Source of the DNA: an uncultured Methanospirillaceae archaeon
GTDB lineage: Archaea > Halobacteriota > Methanomicrobia > Methanomicrobiales > Methanospirillaceae
Direction: 5' to 3'
Assembly: GCA_949319355.1 (NCBI GenBank)
Contig: CASGHA010000141.1
Location: 1 to 40,995, forward strand
DNA length: 40,995 bases
This document shows positions 14,985-22,055 of this stretch, piece by piece; position 1 is the stretch's first letter; the number at the start of each line of letters is the position of its first letter. Both the position numbers and the translations under genes were made by a program. A model generated the notes under the pieces. It was not told the origin of the DNA. It saw only the letters and a program-made list of their open reading frames with translations, and searched no databases.

Positions 14985-17399
14985 TTATGCCATCCCCTGA
15001 AGAACACCGTTGTCAGTCAGATACACCCAGTAGCCGTGTGCAGGGTACAGGACCCGGTTGTCTGAGTAGACCGGGTCTGTGCTCCCTCTCACGATAACCT
15101 CCTCCGGGCTCTGGGTCATCCCGTTAAATCCCTGTACATAGGTCCAGGTGGTTCCGAGAGACTGGAGGGTCAGGTTGGCTGAACGGGGTGTAAGACCTGA
15201 AAAGCCCATGCCGTTCCACCCCTTGTACAGTTGTCTGGACGGGGTGGGTGATACAAAGGCGAATTGCAACGGGACTATCGTATTTGCTGTCGAGAATACC
15301 CAGTAACTCTCCAGGGGTCTGAGGACACGCCCTGAGGACACGATCTCCCAGGACGTCGTGTTGCCGTCGTACATGAGGATTGAACGATGGCCCGTATTCA
15401 CACCAGCAAATACTACCCCTGCGGTTGCATTACCCAAACCCAGTTCTTTTGGAACGGAGACATGGTTCCAGCCGGGGTAGAGGACGATACTGTCCCCGGA
15501 TGGTACCTCTCCCGTTATGGTAACCTGGTGGGTGGCATTACTTGAACCGCCGTCGTTGGTGACCGTGAGCGTGACGTTGAATGTCCCTGCCATGAGATAG
15601 GTATAGACCGGGTTCTGGTACGGAGAAGCTCCTCCTTCACCGAAGTCCCACAACCACTGGGTTATCCCCGCACCTGTTGACTGGTCGGTAAACTGGATGG
15701 GGATAGAAACGTTCCCGTTGAAGGTGCTTGCCGTGAATGCAGCCACTGGCGGGCTGTTCAGGACATGCACTGCGTTCTCCCGCGACGCGATGGCGGATCC
15801 CTGGGCGTTGCTCACCTGGAGTTCGATTTTATAGGGGCCTGGTTTTTCCAGTGAGAAACTGGGACTTTGCAGGTTGGACGTGTTGACCAGCTGGTACCCT
15901 GAACCTGTCCACCAGAACACTTTCCAGAACCATGATGTGGGTGACCCGGTTGAGGTGTCCTGGCATGCGATTTCAAGGGGTGCGAAACCGGTTTCAGGGT
16001 TTACGGTAAAGTTCGCGCCCAGAGATGAACTGCCCACCCTGATGAAGTCTGTCGCCACTTTATTGCTGGTCTGGTTGTTGATGTCGGTGACGGTCAGAGA
16101 AACGGTGAAATTATTGGCCGTCTGGTAGGTGTGGACAGGATTTTTCAGGAACCGGTCAGAGTGAGTGGAATTGTCCCCAAAGTCCCAGAGGTATGTCAAC
16201 GGGCCTGCTCCGGCCGACTGGTCAATGAAATCGACGGTAAGGGGAGGGGCTCCTGACCTGGGGCTTGCCGCGAAGTCGGCGAAGGGTCCTGGCATGAGAG
16301 TCGCCTGGATGTCGCGTGACTTCTGACCGGTCTTTCCATCTCCGTCAGTGACTGTCAGGTTCACATGGTACGTCCCTGCACCCGTAAAGGTGTGCACCGG
16401 GTTTCGTTCCATTGATGTTGTGTTATCGCCGAAACTCCAGTTATAGGAGAGTGGTGAAACCCCTTTCGATGTGTCGGTGAAGCTCACGTGGAGGGGAGCG
16501 ACCCCGACAACCGGGCTCTCAGTAAAGTCGACATTCGGTGAAGGACCAACGGTGATCTGGAGCGGTGCCGAGGTATTCGTCATGTACTGGACGGCGGCGG
16601 TCAGGGTGACCGTGCTCGTGTTGTGGAATACGTGCACCGGGTTTCGTTCGTTCGACGTCGAACCGTCTCCGAAGTCCCAGTAGTACCGGTTTCCGAAGAG
16701 GGCCATTATGGGGTTGGTCGGGTCAACCGGCCACATCCCGCGGGATGTGTCATTGAACTGCACGGTGAGCGGGCCGTCCCCCGATACCGGTGATGCCGTG
16801 AAACTGGCTGCCGGGTATACGTCAATCCCGTAATCCCACGCTTCATCTGAAAGCCCGTGGCCTCCGGTAGCATTCAGGTAGATTTCGTAACTCCCTGCAT
16901 AGGGGAAGGTCACCAGGGGGTCCTTACTGGTCGAATTCATCGTGTCCATCCCCCAGAACTCCCAGTACCATGCCGTGGGAGACCCTTGCGAGGTATCGTG
17001 GAACTGTACTGTCAATGGCGCAGGACCCGATGCAGGAGAATAGGAAAAGCTGGCATTCGGATGAACCGCCACGTTCTTGGTAATTTTCGACGTGCTCGCA
17101 TCCGTTCCGGTCACCGTGAGGTTCACGGCATAGAGGTCGGATGTGTGATAGTCGTGCGTTGCGTTCTGTGTGTTTGCGTAACCTGCGTCTCCAAACTCCC
17201 ACAGCCAGGAAGCAATGCTGCCCGTAGAGTTGTCAGTAAACTGGACCGAAAGGGGCGCCCTGCCTTCATCCGGAACGGCGTTAAAATCCGCGTTCACGGC
17301 TGCACTGGCGAACCCTATAATAAGCAGGCCCAGGACTGCTACAAACAGAGCACCTGCTGCGCGGAGCCTTCGTTCGCTAGGCTCCTCTCGTTCTTGCAT
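14985..17399 (-). CDS. Secreted protein with seven tandem PKD domains and the twin-GWN C-terminal domain; first gene of the envelope operon
   Basis: N-terminal signal (SERRLRAAGALFVAVLGLLIIGFASA). Seven repeats follow the PKD pattern F..sP..G.aPL.V.F.D.S.G....W.WdFGD......NP.H.Y, then 169 aa of twin-GWN domain. Its stop directly abuts the next gene. Confidence 0.9.
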   Translation of the reverse strand: MQEREEPSERRLRAAGALFVAVLGLLIIGFASAAVNADFNAVPDEGRAPLSVQFTDNSTGSIASWLWEFGDAGYANTQNATHDYHTSDLYAVNLTVTGTDASTSKITKNVAVHPNASFSYSPASGPAPLTVQFHDTSQGSPTAWYWEFWGMDTMNSTSKDPLVTFPYAGSYEIYLNATGGHGLSDEAWDYGIDVYPAASFTASPVSGDGPLTVQFNDTSRGMWPVDPTNPIMALFGNRYYWDFGDGSTSNERNPVHVFHNTSTVTLTAAVQYMTNTSAPLQITVGPSPNVDFTESPVVGVAPLHVSFTDTSKGVSPLSYNWSFGDNTTSMERNPVHTFTGAGTYHVNLTVTDGDGKTGQKSRDIQATLMPGPFADFAASPRSGAPPLTVDFIDQSAGAGPLTYLWDFGDNSTHSDRFLKNPVHTYQTANNFTVSLTVTDINNQTSNKVATDFIRVGSSSLGANFTVNPETGFAPLEIACQDTSTGSPTSWFWKVFWWTGSGYQLVNTSNLQSPSFSLEKPGPYKIELQVSNAQGSAIASRENAVHVLNSPPVAAFTASTFNGNVSIPIQFTDQSTGAGITQWLWDFGEGGASPYQNPVYTYLMAGTFNVTLTVTNDGGSSNATHQVTITGEVPSGDSIVLYPGWNHVSVPKELGLGNATAGVVFAGVNTGHRSILMYDGNTTSWEIVSSGRVLRPLESYWVFSTANTIVPLQFAFVSPTPSRQLYKGWNGMGFSGLTPRSANLTLQSLGTTWTYVQGFNGMTQSPEEVIVRGSTDPVYSDNRVLYPAHGYWVYLTDNGVLQGMA
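14988..15494 (-). other. Twin-GWN C-terminal domain, copy in the PKD protein (169 aa)
   Basis: DSIVLYPGWNHVSVP...ESYWVFS...PLQF / QLYKGWNGMGFSG...EEVIV...LYPAHGYWVYL...GVL. Confidence 0.8.
15498..17294 (-). repeat. Array of seven PKD domains (protein-level tandem repeat)
   Basis: Repeat starts: NADFNAVPDEGRAPLSVQF, NASFSYSPASGPAPLTVQF, AASFTASPVSGDGPLTVQF, NVDFTESPVVGVAPLHVSF, FADFAASPRSGAPPLTVDF, GANFTVNPETGFAPLEIAC, VAAFTASTFNGNVSIPIQF. The repeats are divergent at DNA level. Confidence 0.85.
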
Positions 17400-17554
17400 T
17401 CTTACACCCCGTCACCAACATCTGTCCTTCTGCCAAGACCCTTCATGATGGAGGGGCAGTCATGGGGAACCATTGACCCAATTATAGCTCCGCCTTTCGG
17501 ACTGCCTTGATCACTCCGGATGGACGATGTTAATTCATCTCTTGTTCTTTACCC

Positions 17555-17564
17555 TAATATAAAT
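17555..17564 (-). promoter_or_regulatory. TATA-like box (minus strand ATTTATATTA) upstream of the envelope operon
   Basis: It lies ~160 nt upstream of the first start codon (17399) in a 584-nt A/T-enriched intergenic region, which would imply a long 5' leader. No transcript data are available. Confidence 0.3.
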
Positions 17565-17626
17565 GTTCTTATGTCGGGAATGATCAGTATTGGGCTTTAT
17601 TCACCTGAATACCTCGTTTATAGCCA

Positions 17627-17642
17627 TATTTTTATAAAAAAA
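17627..17642. promoter_or_regulatory. A/T palindrome (atatttttataaaaaa), alternative TATA/BRE-like element or protein-binding site
   Basis: The core tttttataaaaa is self-complementary and is the most A/T-rich spot of the intergenic region upstream of the operon. Confidence 0.25.
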
Positions 17643-17891
17643 CAGCGCTACCCGGGTACTTCTGTATCAAGCCGCACGCGGGGTGAAATACCCTGTGCTC
17701 ATTTCAGTGAAGGAATTGGGATGGGGGAGAGTGGGTGTGTCCCGGGTGTACCTTCCATTCACAGGAATCGGTATGCAGGGGGTTATTTTGGGATATATCC
17801 TGTTATTTCAGGAACGGATGAGATGATGACAAATCACCTACCCGGCAGCCACGACATTCATTACCAGGCAGAGACGTGGTCAAGACGAAAC

Positions 17892-17897
17892 AAAAAA
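17892..17897 (-). terminator. Oligo-T tract (T6 on minus strand) downstream of the 17984..18679 gene
   Basis: Plus-strand aaaaaa lies ~87 nt downstream of the stop, in an A/T-rich stretch. Confidence 0.3.
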
Positions 17898-17983
17898 TGA
17901 AGGAAATTCTTTATTATTATTTACCGCGGGTGAATATCGGTTTATTTTACAATTGGTCTCCATTATCCTGGCTGATTTGGGGC

Positions 17984-18679
17984 TTACCTGCCCGCCGGTG
18001 GAGATGAGGAGATGGTCATAGTCAGGTTGCCGTCGATTACGCGGGCATCGGTAACTGACTGGAAAAAACCTGAACTGACGCTTCCGAATGACATGTCAAC
18101 CGCCAGGGATACGGGGGTCGCAATGGAGGTCTCATTGATTCCGAGGAGGAGGACCGGGGTATCTCCTTGTGATACTGTCGGTATGACCTCTGCGGGGGCT
18201 CCTAGTACCCGAGGGTCCAGAGAAGGGGAGGTCTCCATGCCCTGCTCCAGGGTATGAAGCGTGATGGTGATCATCTGGTCTGCATTTTCAGGTACGCAGA
18301 CGCATTGCTCTCCTCCCTGTACCGGGTCTGGGCACTGGATCTCCTCAAACCTCTCTCCCGGAGAGGTGACCGGTGTGGTGGAAACGGTATCATTTTCACT
18401 GATTTCAATTTCAAATGGCTTATTATAGGACGAATTCCTGTTCATATTCTCATCAGGACAGATAATCCCGGTACCCAGGCATACTGGTGACACCAGGCAT
18501 TCTTGTCCCTGGGATACGTCACGACTTCTGGATATTTCCTGGACCTCTTCGGCCGGGTCCAGGCTGAGGATCGTGATCTCCGCCATGTCAGGGGACTGCC
18601 AGGTGCCGGTGTCAGCGAGGCCTCCCCATGAGAGAAAAGTCAGGCCAAGGACTGAAACGACACACCACGCAGTGTTCAT
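17984..18679 (-). CDS. Secreted hypothetical protein (231 aa), Cys-containing
   Basis: N-terminal signal peptide MNTAWCVVSVLGLTFLSWGGLA and clustered Cys (ECLVSPVCLGTGIICP; IQCPDPVQGGEQCVCVP). No family recognised; monocistronic by spacing. Confidence 0.6.
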   Translation of the reverse strand: MNTAWCVVSVLGLTFLSWGGLADTGTWQSPDMAEITILSLDPAEEVQEISRSRDVSQGQECLVSPVCLGTGIICPDENMNRNSSYNKPFEIEISENDTVSTTPVTSPGERFEEIQCPDPVQGGEQCVCVPENADQMITITLHTLEQGMETSPSLDPRVLGAPAEVIPTVSQGDTPVLLLGINETSIATPVSLAVDMSFGSVSSGFFQSVTDARVIDGNLTMTISSSPPAGR

Positions 18680-18768
18680 CAGGTGATCGTGAAGGGTGGT
18701 GCTATCCTAAAAGGTTGCCGGTCAGGCCTGCTGCGGGAAAAGTATACTGGTAAACCTGGCAATAATCG

Positions 18769-18773
18769 AAAAA
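18769..18773 (-). terminator. Oligo-T tract (T5 on minus strand) after the 18792..19598 gene
   Basis: Plus-strand aaaaa lies ~19 nt downstream of the stop. Confidence 0.3.
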
Positions 18774-18791
18774 GAGGGTCACTGGGATGAA

Positions 18792-19598
18792 TCAGTCCTC
18801 ATGCAGCTGTTGTCTGACACCTGCAAGGAGGATGCAGCCTGCCAATGCCATGACCAGGGCTGCGAACCCGAGAGGCGACTTCTTTGTTGTTGCAACAGGC
18901 ACTTCGGCCGCCTTCTGTGGTGATGAGCCGGCAGGTGTCTGTACAGACACTGACTCCCTGGTTCCTGTTGCATTAGCAGGAGTTATGTTCGTGCTATCCG
19001 GTGATTTGTTGACTGATACGGGAGCACCTTCATGAGGTGTCATCACGCCTGCTGTTGTAGCAGATGCCATGATGGTCCCGGTCGTGACCGGTTGCCCTGT
19101 CCGTGCAACTGTTGGAAAATCTCCCGAGTCCGGGGATGATGACTGGCTGCCTGTCGAGGCACTCTTTGAAGACAGGCTGGTCGCCTGGACCACTGGATAT
19201 TCTGCCTGTTTCTGGCCTGCTGAACCTGAAGAGCCGACGGTGAGGTCCAGTCTGGTACTTGCCCCTGCCTGGTATGTAGCGGTCTCTGCAGCCTTCTGGC
19301 CGTTGACCGTGAACTCGATGACGGGTGACCCTGCAGACTTGAGTTCTTCCTCCGTCATCGCGATTGAGAGCCTCTGGTCGAACGTCCCGGTCCCACCGTA
19401 GATACCTGCAGATGTTGTGGTTATTGAGCCCCGCTCCACACCATTGATTACCGCTTTGACCACGGTTCCCGGCTCTGCCTGGGCTCCGTTTACCGCAACA
19501 CTGCCGAAGAACTCTGATGGGAGCACAGGAGCCCCGTGCACCGTCATGACCATCAGGACGGCTGTAAAAATGAGTACACCTGTTTTAAAGCCTTTCAT
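18792..19598 (-). CDS. Surface protein: signal peptide, one FYG module, S/T/P-rich stalk, PGF-CTERM-like C-terminal sorting signal
   Basis: Preferred start is ATG 19598 (MKGFKTGVLIFTAVLMVMTVHGA); the track ORF extends to 19682. The FYG module at 19233-19529 is ~55% identical by eye to module 1 of the 6583..8277 protein. C-terminus: VPVATTKKSPLGFAALVMALAGCILLAGVRQQLHED. Confidence 0.7.
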   Translation of the reverse strand: MKGFKTGVLIFTAVLMVMTVHGAPVLPSEFFGSVAVNGAQAEPGTVVKAVINGVERGSITTTSAGIYGGTGTFDQRLSIAMTEEELKSAGSPVIEFTVNGQKAAETATYQAGASTRLDLTVGSSGSAGQKQAEYPVVQATSLSSKSASTGSQSSSPDSGDFPTVARTGQPVTTGTIMASATTAGVMTPHEGAPVSVNKSPDSTNITPANATGTRESVSVQTPAGSSPQKAAEVPVATTKKSPLGFAALVMALAGCILLAGVRQQLHED

Positions 19599-19737
19599 AT
19601 GGATGAATGTTATTCGGCGCCCGATAAAAAGGCATTGGAGGTAATCATCTGGCAGATTGTCGCTTATGGAGCAGAAAGGCACTCCTCATCACGGTTTCAG
19701 ACCTCCCCTCCCCTGGTTTCACCGTGTTGCACTTACG

Positions 19738-19767
19738 TGTCTGTTGTATCTTGTAACAGACATTTTT
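19738..19767 (+). promoter_or_regulatory. 8-bp inverted repeat (tgtctgtt-9 nt-aacagaca) followed by T5 in the divergent promoter region
   Basis: Arms at 19738-19745 and 19755-19762, then ttttt at 19763-19767. It lies 31 nt upstream of ATG 19798 and 140 nt upstream of the divergent start at 19598. Confidence 0.3.
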
Positions 19768-19797
19768 CCGTTTTCAGGACCGGTTTTCATAAATAGC

Positions 19798-21078
19798 ATG
19801 AAAAAGGATGTGATTCCTATGAAATGGTGGATCCTCGTCTGCCTGCTCGTGGCCTTCCTGTACGCCTGTTCCGGCGCCGTGGTGGCACTCACGGTCAGCG
19901 TCACCCCTGACCAAATACAATCAGGGGACCGGGTCTCGGTCAACGTGGAGGCCCTCCCGGAAAACGCGCAGTTTTCGCTCCTCCTCGATTCCTCTTTGAA
20001 AGTGGAACCTGGTTCCGAGTTCTCCTTCGAGGCCCGGCAGTTTGATGTCCCCTTTTCCCTGACCGGAGGTACGGTAACCGCCGTCATGGAAAATACCAGT
20101 TCGAACCGGCTCTACGTCAAAAAGGACGATTCTGTCGTAACCCTGTCGGGGAGTTCGAAAAACGGCAGGTTCCGCACGACCAGCTCCTATGAGATCTCGA
20201 GCGGGGTGTATGACATCATCGCCCTCGGCGGCAGGGCATCCAATACGACCGGAACGGTCAATGCCCGGCTCGAGCTTACAGGCGCGAAGAAAGGGCCGGA
20301 TTCAGGAGGAATCTCCTTCAACGTCGAAGGGATCACCGAAGGGGTCATCCATGTGACGGCCCTCGTTGATGGAAAACAGGTCCTCTACCAGCCGGTACTG
20401 GTAGGAACCTCCACCGTGGGCAAGGAACCCACCAAGTCCCCGGAATCAGGGGCCCTGACAGGACGGCCAGGATCTGATGGGGAAGATTACGGCGGGGTCA
20501 GCCCGGGAGTCCCTGCCAGGACACCTGATCCCGTTGTTTCTCACACCCCTGTTACAACACCCGCCGTGCCGGCAGGACCCGCCCCTGGTGACGCACCGGC
20601 TGTCACTTTTACCTCTGTTGATGGTTTCGTGAGTGGTTCCGGGACAGGCCCGGCTTACATAGGAATTGTCAGGGCAGATCCATCCGGGGTCCCTGGCGGA
20701 TGGGGCACAATCAGGGCTGCCTATGTCCTCTCACCTGAAAATACGACCTTTGATAGCCCTGGAGTGATCAGGATTGCGGTTCCGGAGGAGGCCAGGGAAA
20801 ATGTTTCGATCACCATAGCCCTGCAGTCAGCCGTGGGTTGGGAATTAATCCCCTCAGAATGTGATAATGGATCATGTAAAGGCGTTATTGCCGGGACAGG
20901 GACCTATGGGCTGTTCGAGCTTCCAAAGCCCAGGACATCAGCACCGGCCACCCCTTCCACGACAGAAAAGGTCCCTGTGACGACCAAGAAATCTCCGTTA
21001 TCTCCCGCAATCCCGCTGATGGCCTTTGCGATAACCTCTTTCACAGCCTGCATATGGCATCTGTCCTGTAAGGAATGA
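19798..21078 (+). CDS. Surface protein with signal peptide, PGF-pre-PGF-like domain and TTKKSPL-TM C-terminus
   Basis: Start is ATG 19798 (MKKDVIP) or 19819 (MKWWILVCLLVAFLYACSG). The cataaata box at 19788-19795 would fit a leaderless start at 19819. PGF-pre-PGF-like segment: VTFTSVDGFVSGSGTGPAYIGIVRADPS...GTGTYGLFELP. C-terminus: VPVTTKKSPLSPAIPLMAFAITSFTACIWHLSCKE. Confidence 0.7.
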   Translation: MKKDVIPMKWWILVCLLVAFLYACSGAVVALTVSVTPDQIQSGDRVSVNVEALPENAQFSLLLDSSLKVEPGSEFSFEARQFDVPFSLTGGTVTAVMENTSSNRLYVKKDDSVVTLSGSSKNGRFRTTSSYEISSGVYDIIALGGRASNTTGTVNARLELTGAKKGPDSGGISFNVEGITEGVIHVTALVDGKQVLYQPVLVGTSTVGKEPTKSPESGALTGRPGSDGEDYGGVSPGVPARTPDPVVSHTPVTTPAVPAGPAPGDAPAVTFTSVDGFVSGSGTGPAYIGIVRADPSGVPGGWGTIRAAYVLSPENTTFDSPGVIRIAVPEEARENVSITIALQSAVGWELIPSECDNGSCKGVIAGTGTYGLFELPKPRTSAPATPSTTEKVPVTTKKSPLSPAIPLMAFAITSFTACIWHLSCKE

Positions 21079-22055
21079 AGGAACCGGCAGGACTCCAGAA
21101 AAAGGCTGTGAATCCCCGTTCTTTTCCAGGGGACCTCACTATCATCCTTATCTGGACATTTGCCACACTGGCTTTATTGCATTTTTCCAGCGCCGGGACA
21201 TCACCTGTCCGGACTGTCCTCGTGTTCCCGGTAGTACTGTTCATCCCGGGATACGCCCTCGTAAGTGCCCTCTTTCCCGGTTCACACGGGATAGACGCCA
21301 TCGAACGGGTGGCACTCTCCATAGGGCTATCCCTTGCGATCGTCCCGTTTCTATGTCTTGGCCTGAACTATGCTCCTTCAGGCATCAGGCTTGAGCCGCT
21401 GGTCCTCTGCCTCACGGTTATCGTCGTGGCCATGGCCATAACCGCATGGTTGCGGCGTTGTCAGCTGGATGCGGACGACCAATTCACTATTCAATGGTCA
21501 GAAATGGTGAAAAGGTTTTTTTCCTGGATTTTCATCCCGGGATCGACCGTTTATGACCGGGTTGTATCAGCCCTTCTCATCATTGCAGTTCTCGTAACCG
21601 CTGTTACCGCGGTCTATGTCGTGGTTGTCCCAAAGGAAGGAGAAACCTTCACAGAGTTCTATATCCTCGGCCCGGACCACCTGGCTTTCGGGTACCCGAA
21701 GGAATTCGTGCCCGGAAGGGGTCAAAGCATCACCATAGGGATAGGCAATCATGAATTTACCGGCGTTAGGTATTTCGTCGAGATTTTTGCTGTCAACCAG
21801 AGTGCCGGGAATGTGAACGGTCCAGGGATCATTGACCGCATGGAACGGATTGGCGGGTATGAACGATTCCTGGCGCATAATACCACTCAGGAGGACACCG
21901 TGACCTTTATCATCAGGGATACGGGTTTCAACCAGGTCAGGGTCCTCCTGTTCAGGACATCCCCCGCTCCTGACACGGAGGGAGGTCCCGACAGGATACA
22001 TGCGAGTTACCGGGACCTGCGCCTGTGGATCAAGCCTCTGGAGTCAGGTAAATGA
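21075..22055 (+). CDS. DUF1616-family archaeal membrane protein
   Basis: The N-terminal polytopic region carries the family hallmark: VLFIPGYALVSALFPGSHGIDAIERVALSIGLSLAIVPFLCLGLNYAPSGIRLEPL. This is followed by a further TM and an extracytoplasmic beta-rich domain. Its ATG overlaps the upstream stop (ATGA, 21075-21078). Confidence 0.75.
   Translation: MKEPAGLQKKAVNPRSFPGDLTIILIWTFATLALLHFSSAGTSPVRTVLVFPVVLFIPGYALVSALFPGSHGIDAIERVALSIGLSLAIVPFLCLGLNYAPSGIRLEPLVLCLTVIVVAMAITAWLRRCQLDADDQFTIQWSEMVKRFFSWIFIPGSTVYDRVVSALLIIAVLVTAVTAVYVVVVPKEGETFTEFYILGPDHLAFGYPKEFVPGRGQSITIGIGNHEFTGVRYFVEIFAVNQSAGNVNGPGIIDRMERIGGYERFLAHNTTQEDTVTFIIRDTGFNQVRVLLFRTSPAPDTEGGPDRIHASYRDLRLWIKPLESGK

Noticed and set aside
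15498-17294. Possible nucleotide-level tandem repeat or CRISPR-like array suggested by seven repeated protein units
   Set aside because: The repeats are PKD domains that are conserved only at protein-motif level. There are no identical DNA repeats with unique spacers and no cas genes, so this is not a CRISPR array.
17280-17399. Twin-arginine (Tat) signal on the seven-PKD protein (SERRLRAAGALF...)
   Set aside because: The RR pair is followed by L-R-A rather than the x-F-L-K consensus. All sister proteins have ordinary Sec-type signals. The evidence is too weak to call.
9741-17510. Several long plus-strand ORFs inside the envelope operon (e.g. 9741-10298, 10331-10759, 12171-12866, 16857-17510)
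   Set aside because: All lie antisense to strongly supported minus-strand genes with clear domain structure. Their translations are Arg/Gly/Val-rich and motif-free, so they are most likely frame artefacts.
17520-17900. 126-aa plus-strand ORF in the long intergenic region upstream of the envelope operon
   Set aside because: It has no Shine-Dalgarno-like sequence or promoter spacing, an atypical composition and no motif, and it runs head-on toward the 17984-18679 gene. I treat it as non-coding, though with only moderate certainty.
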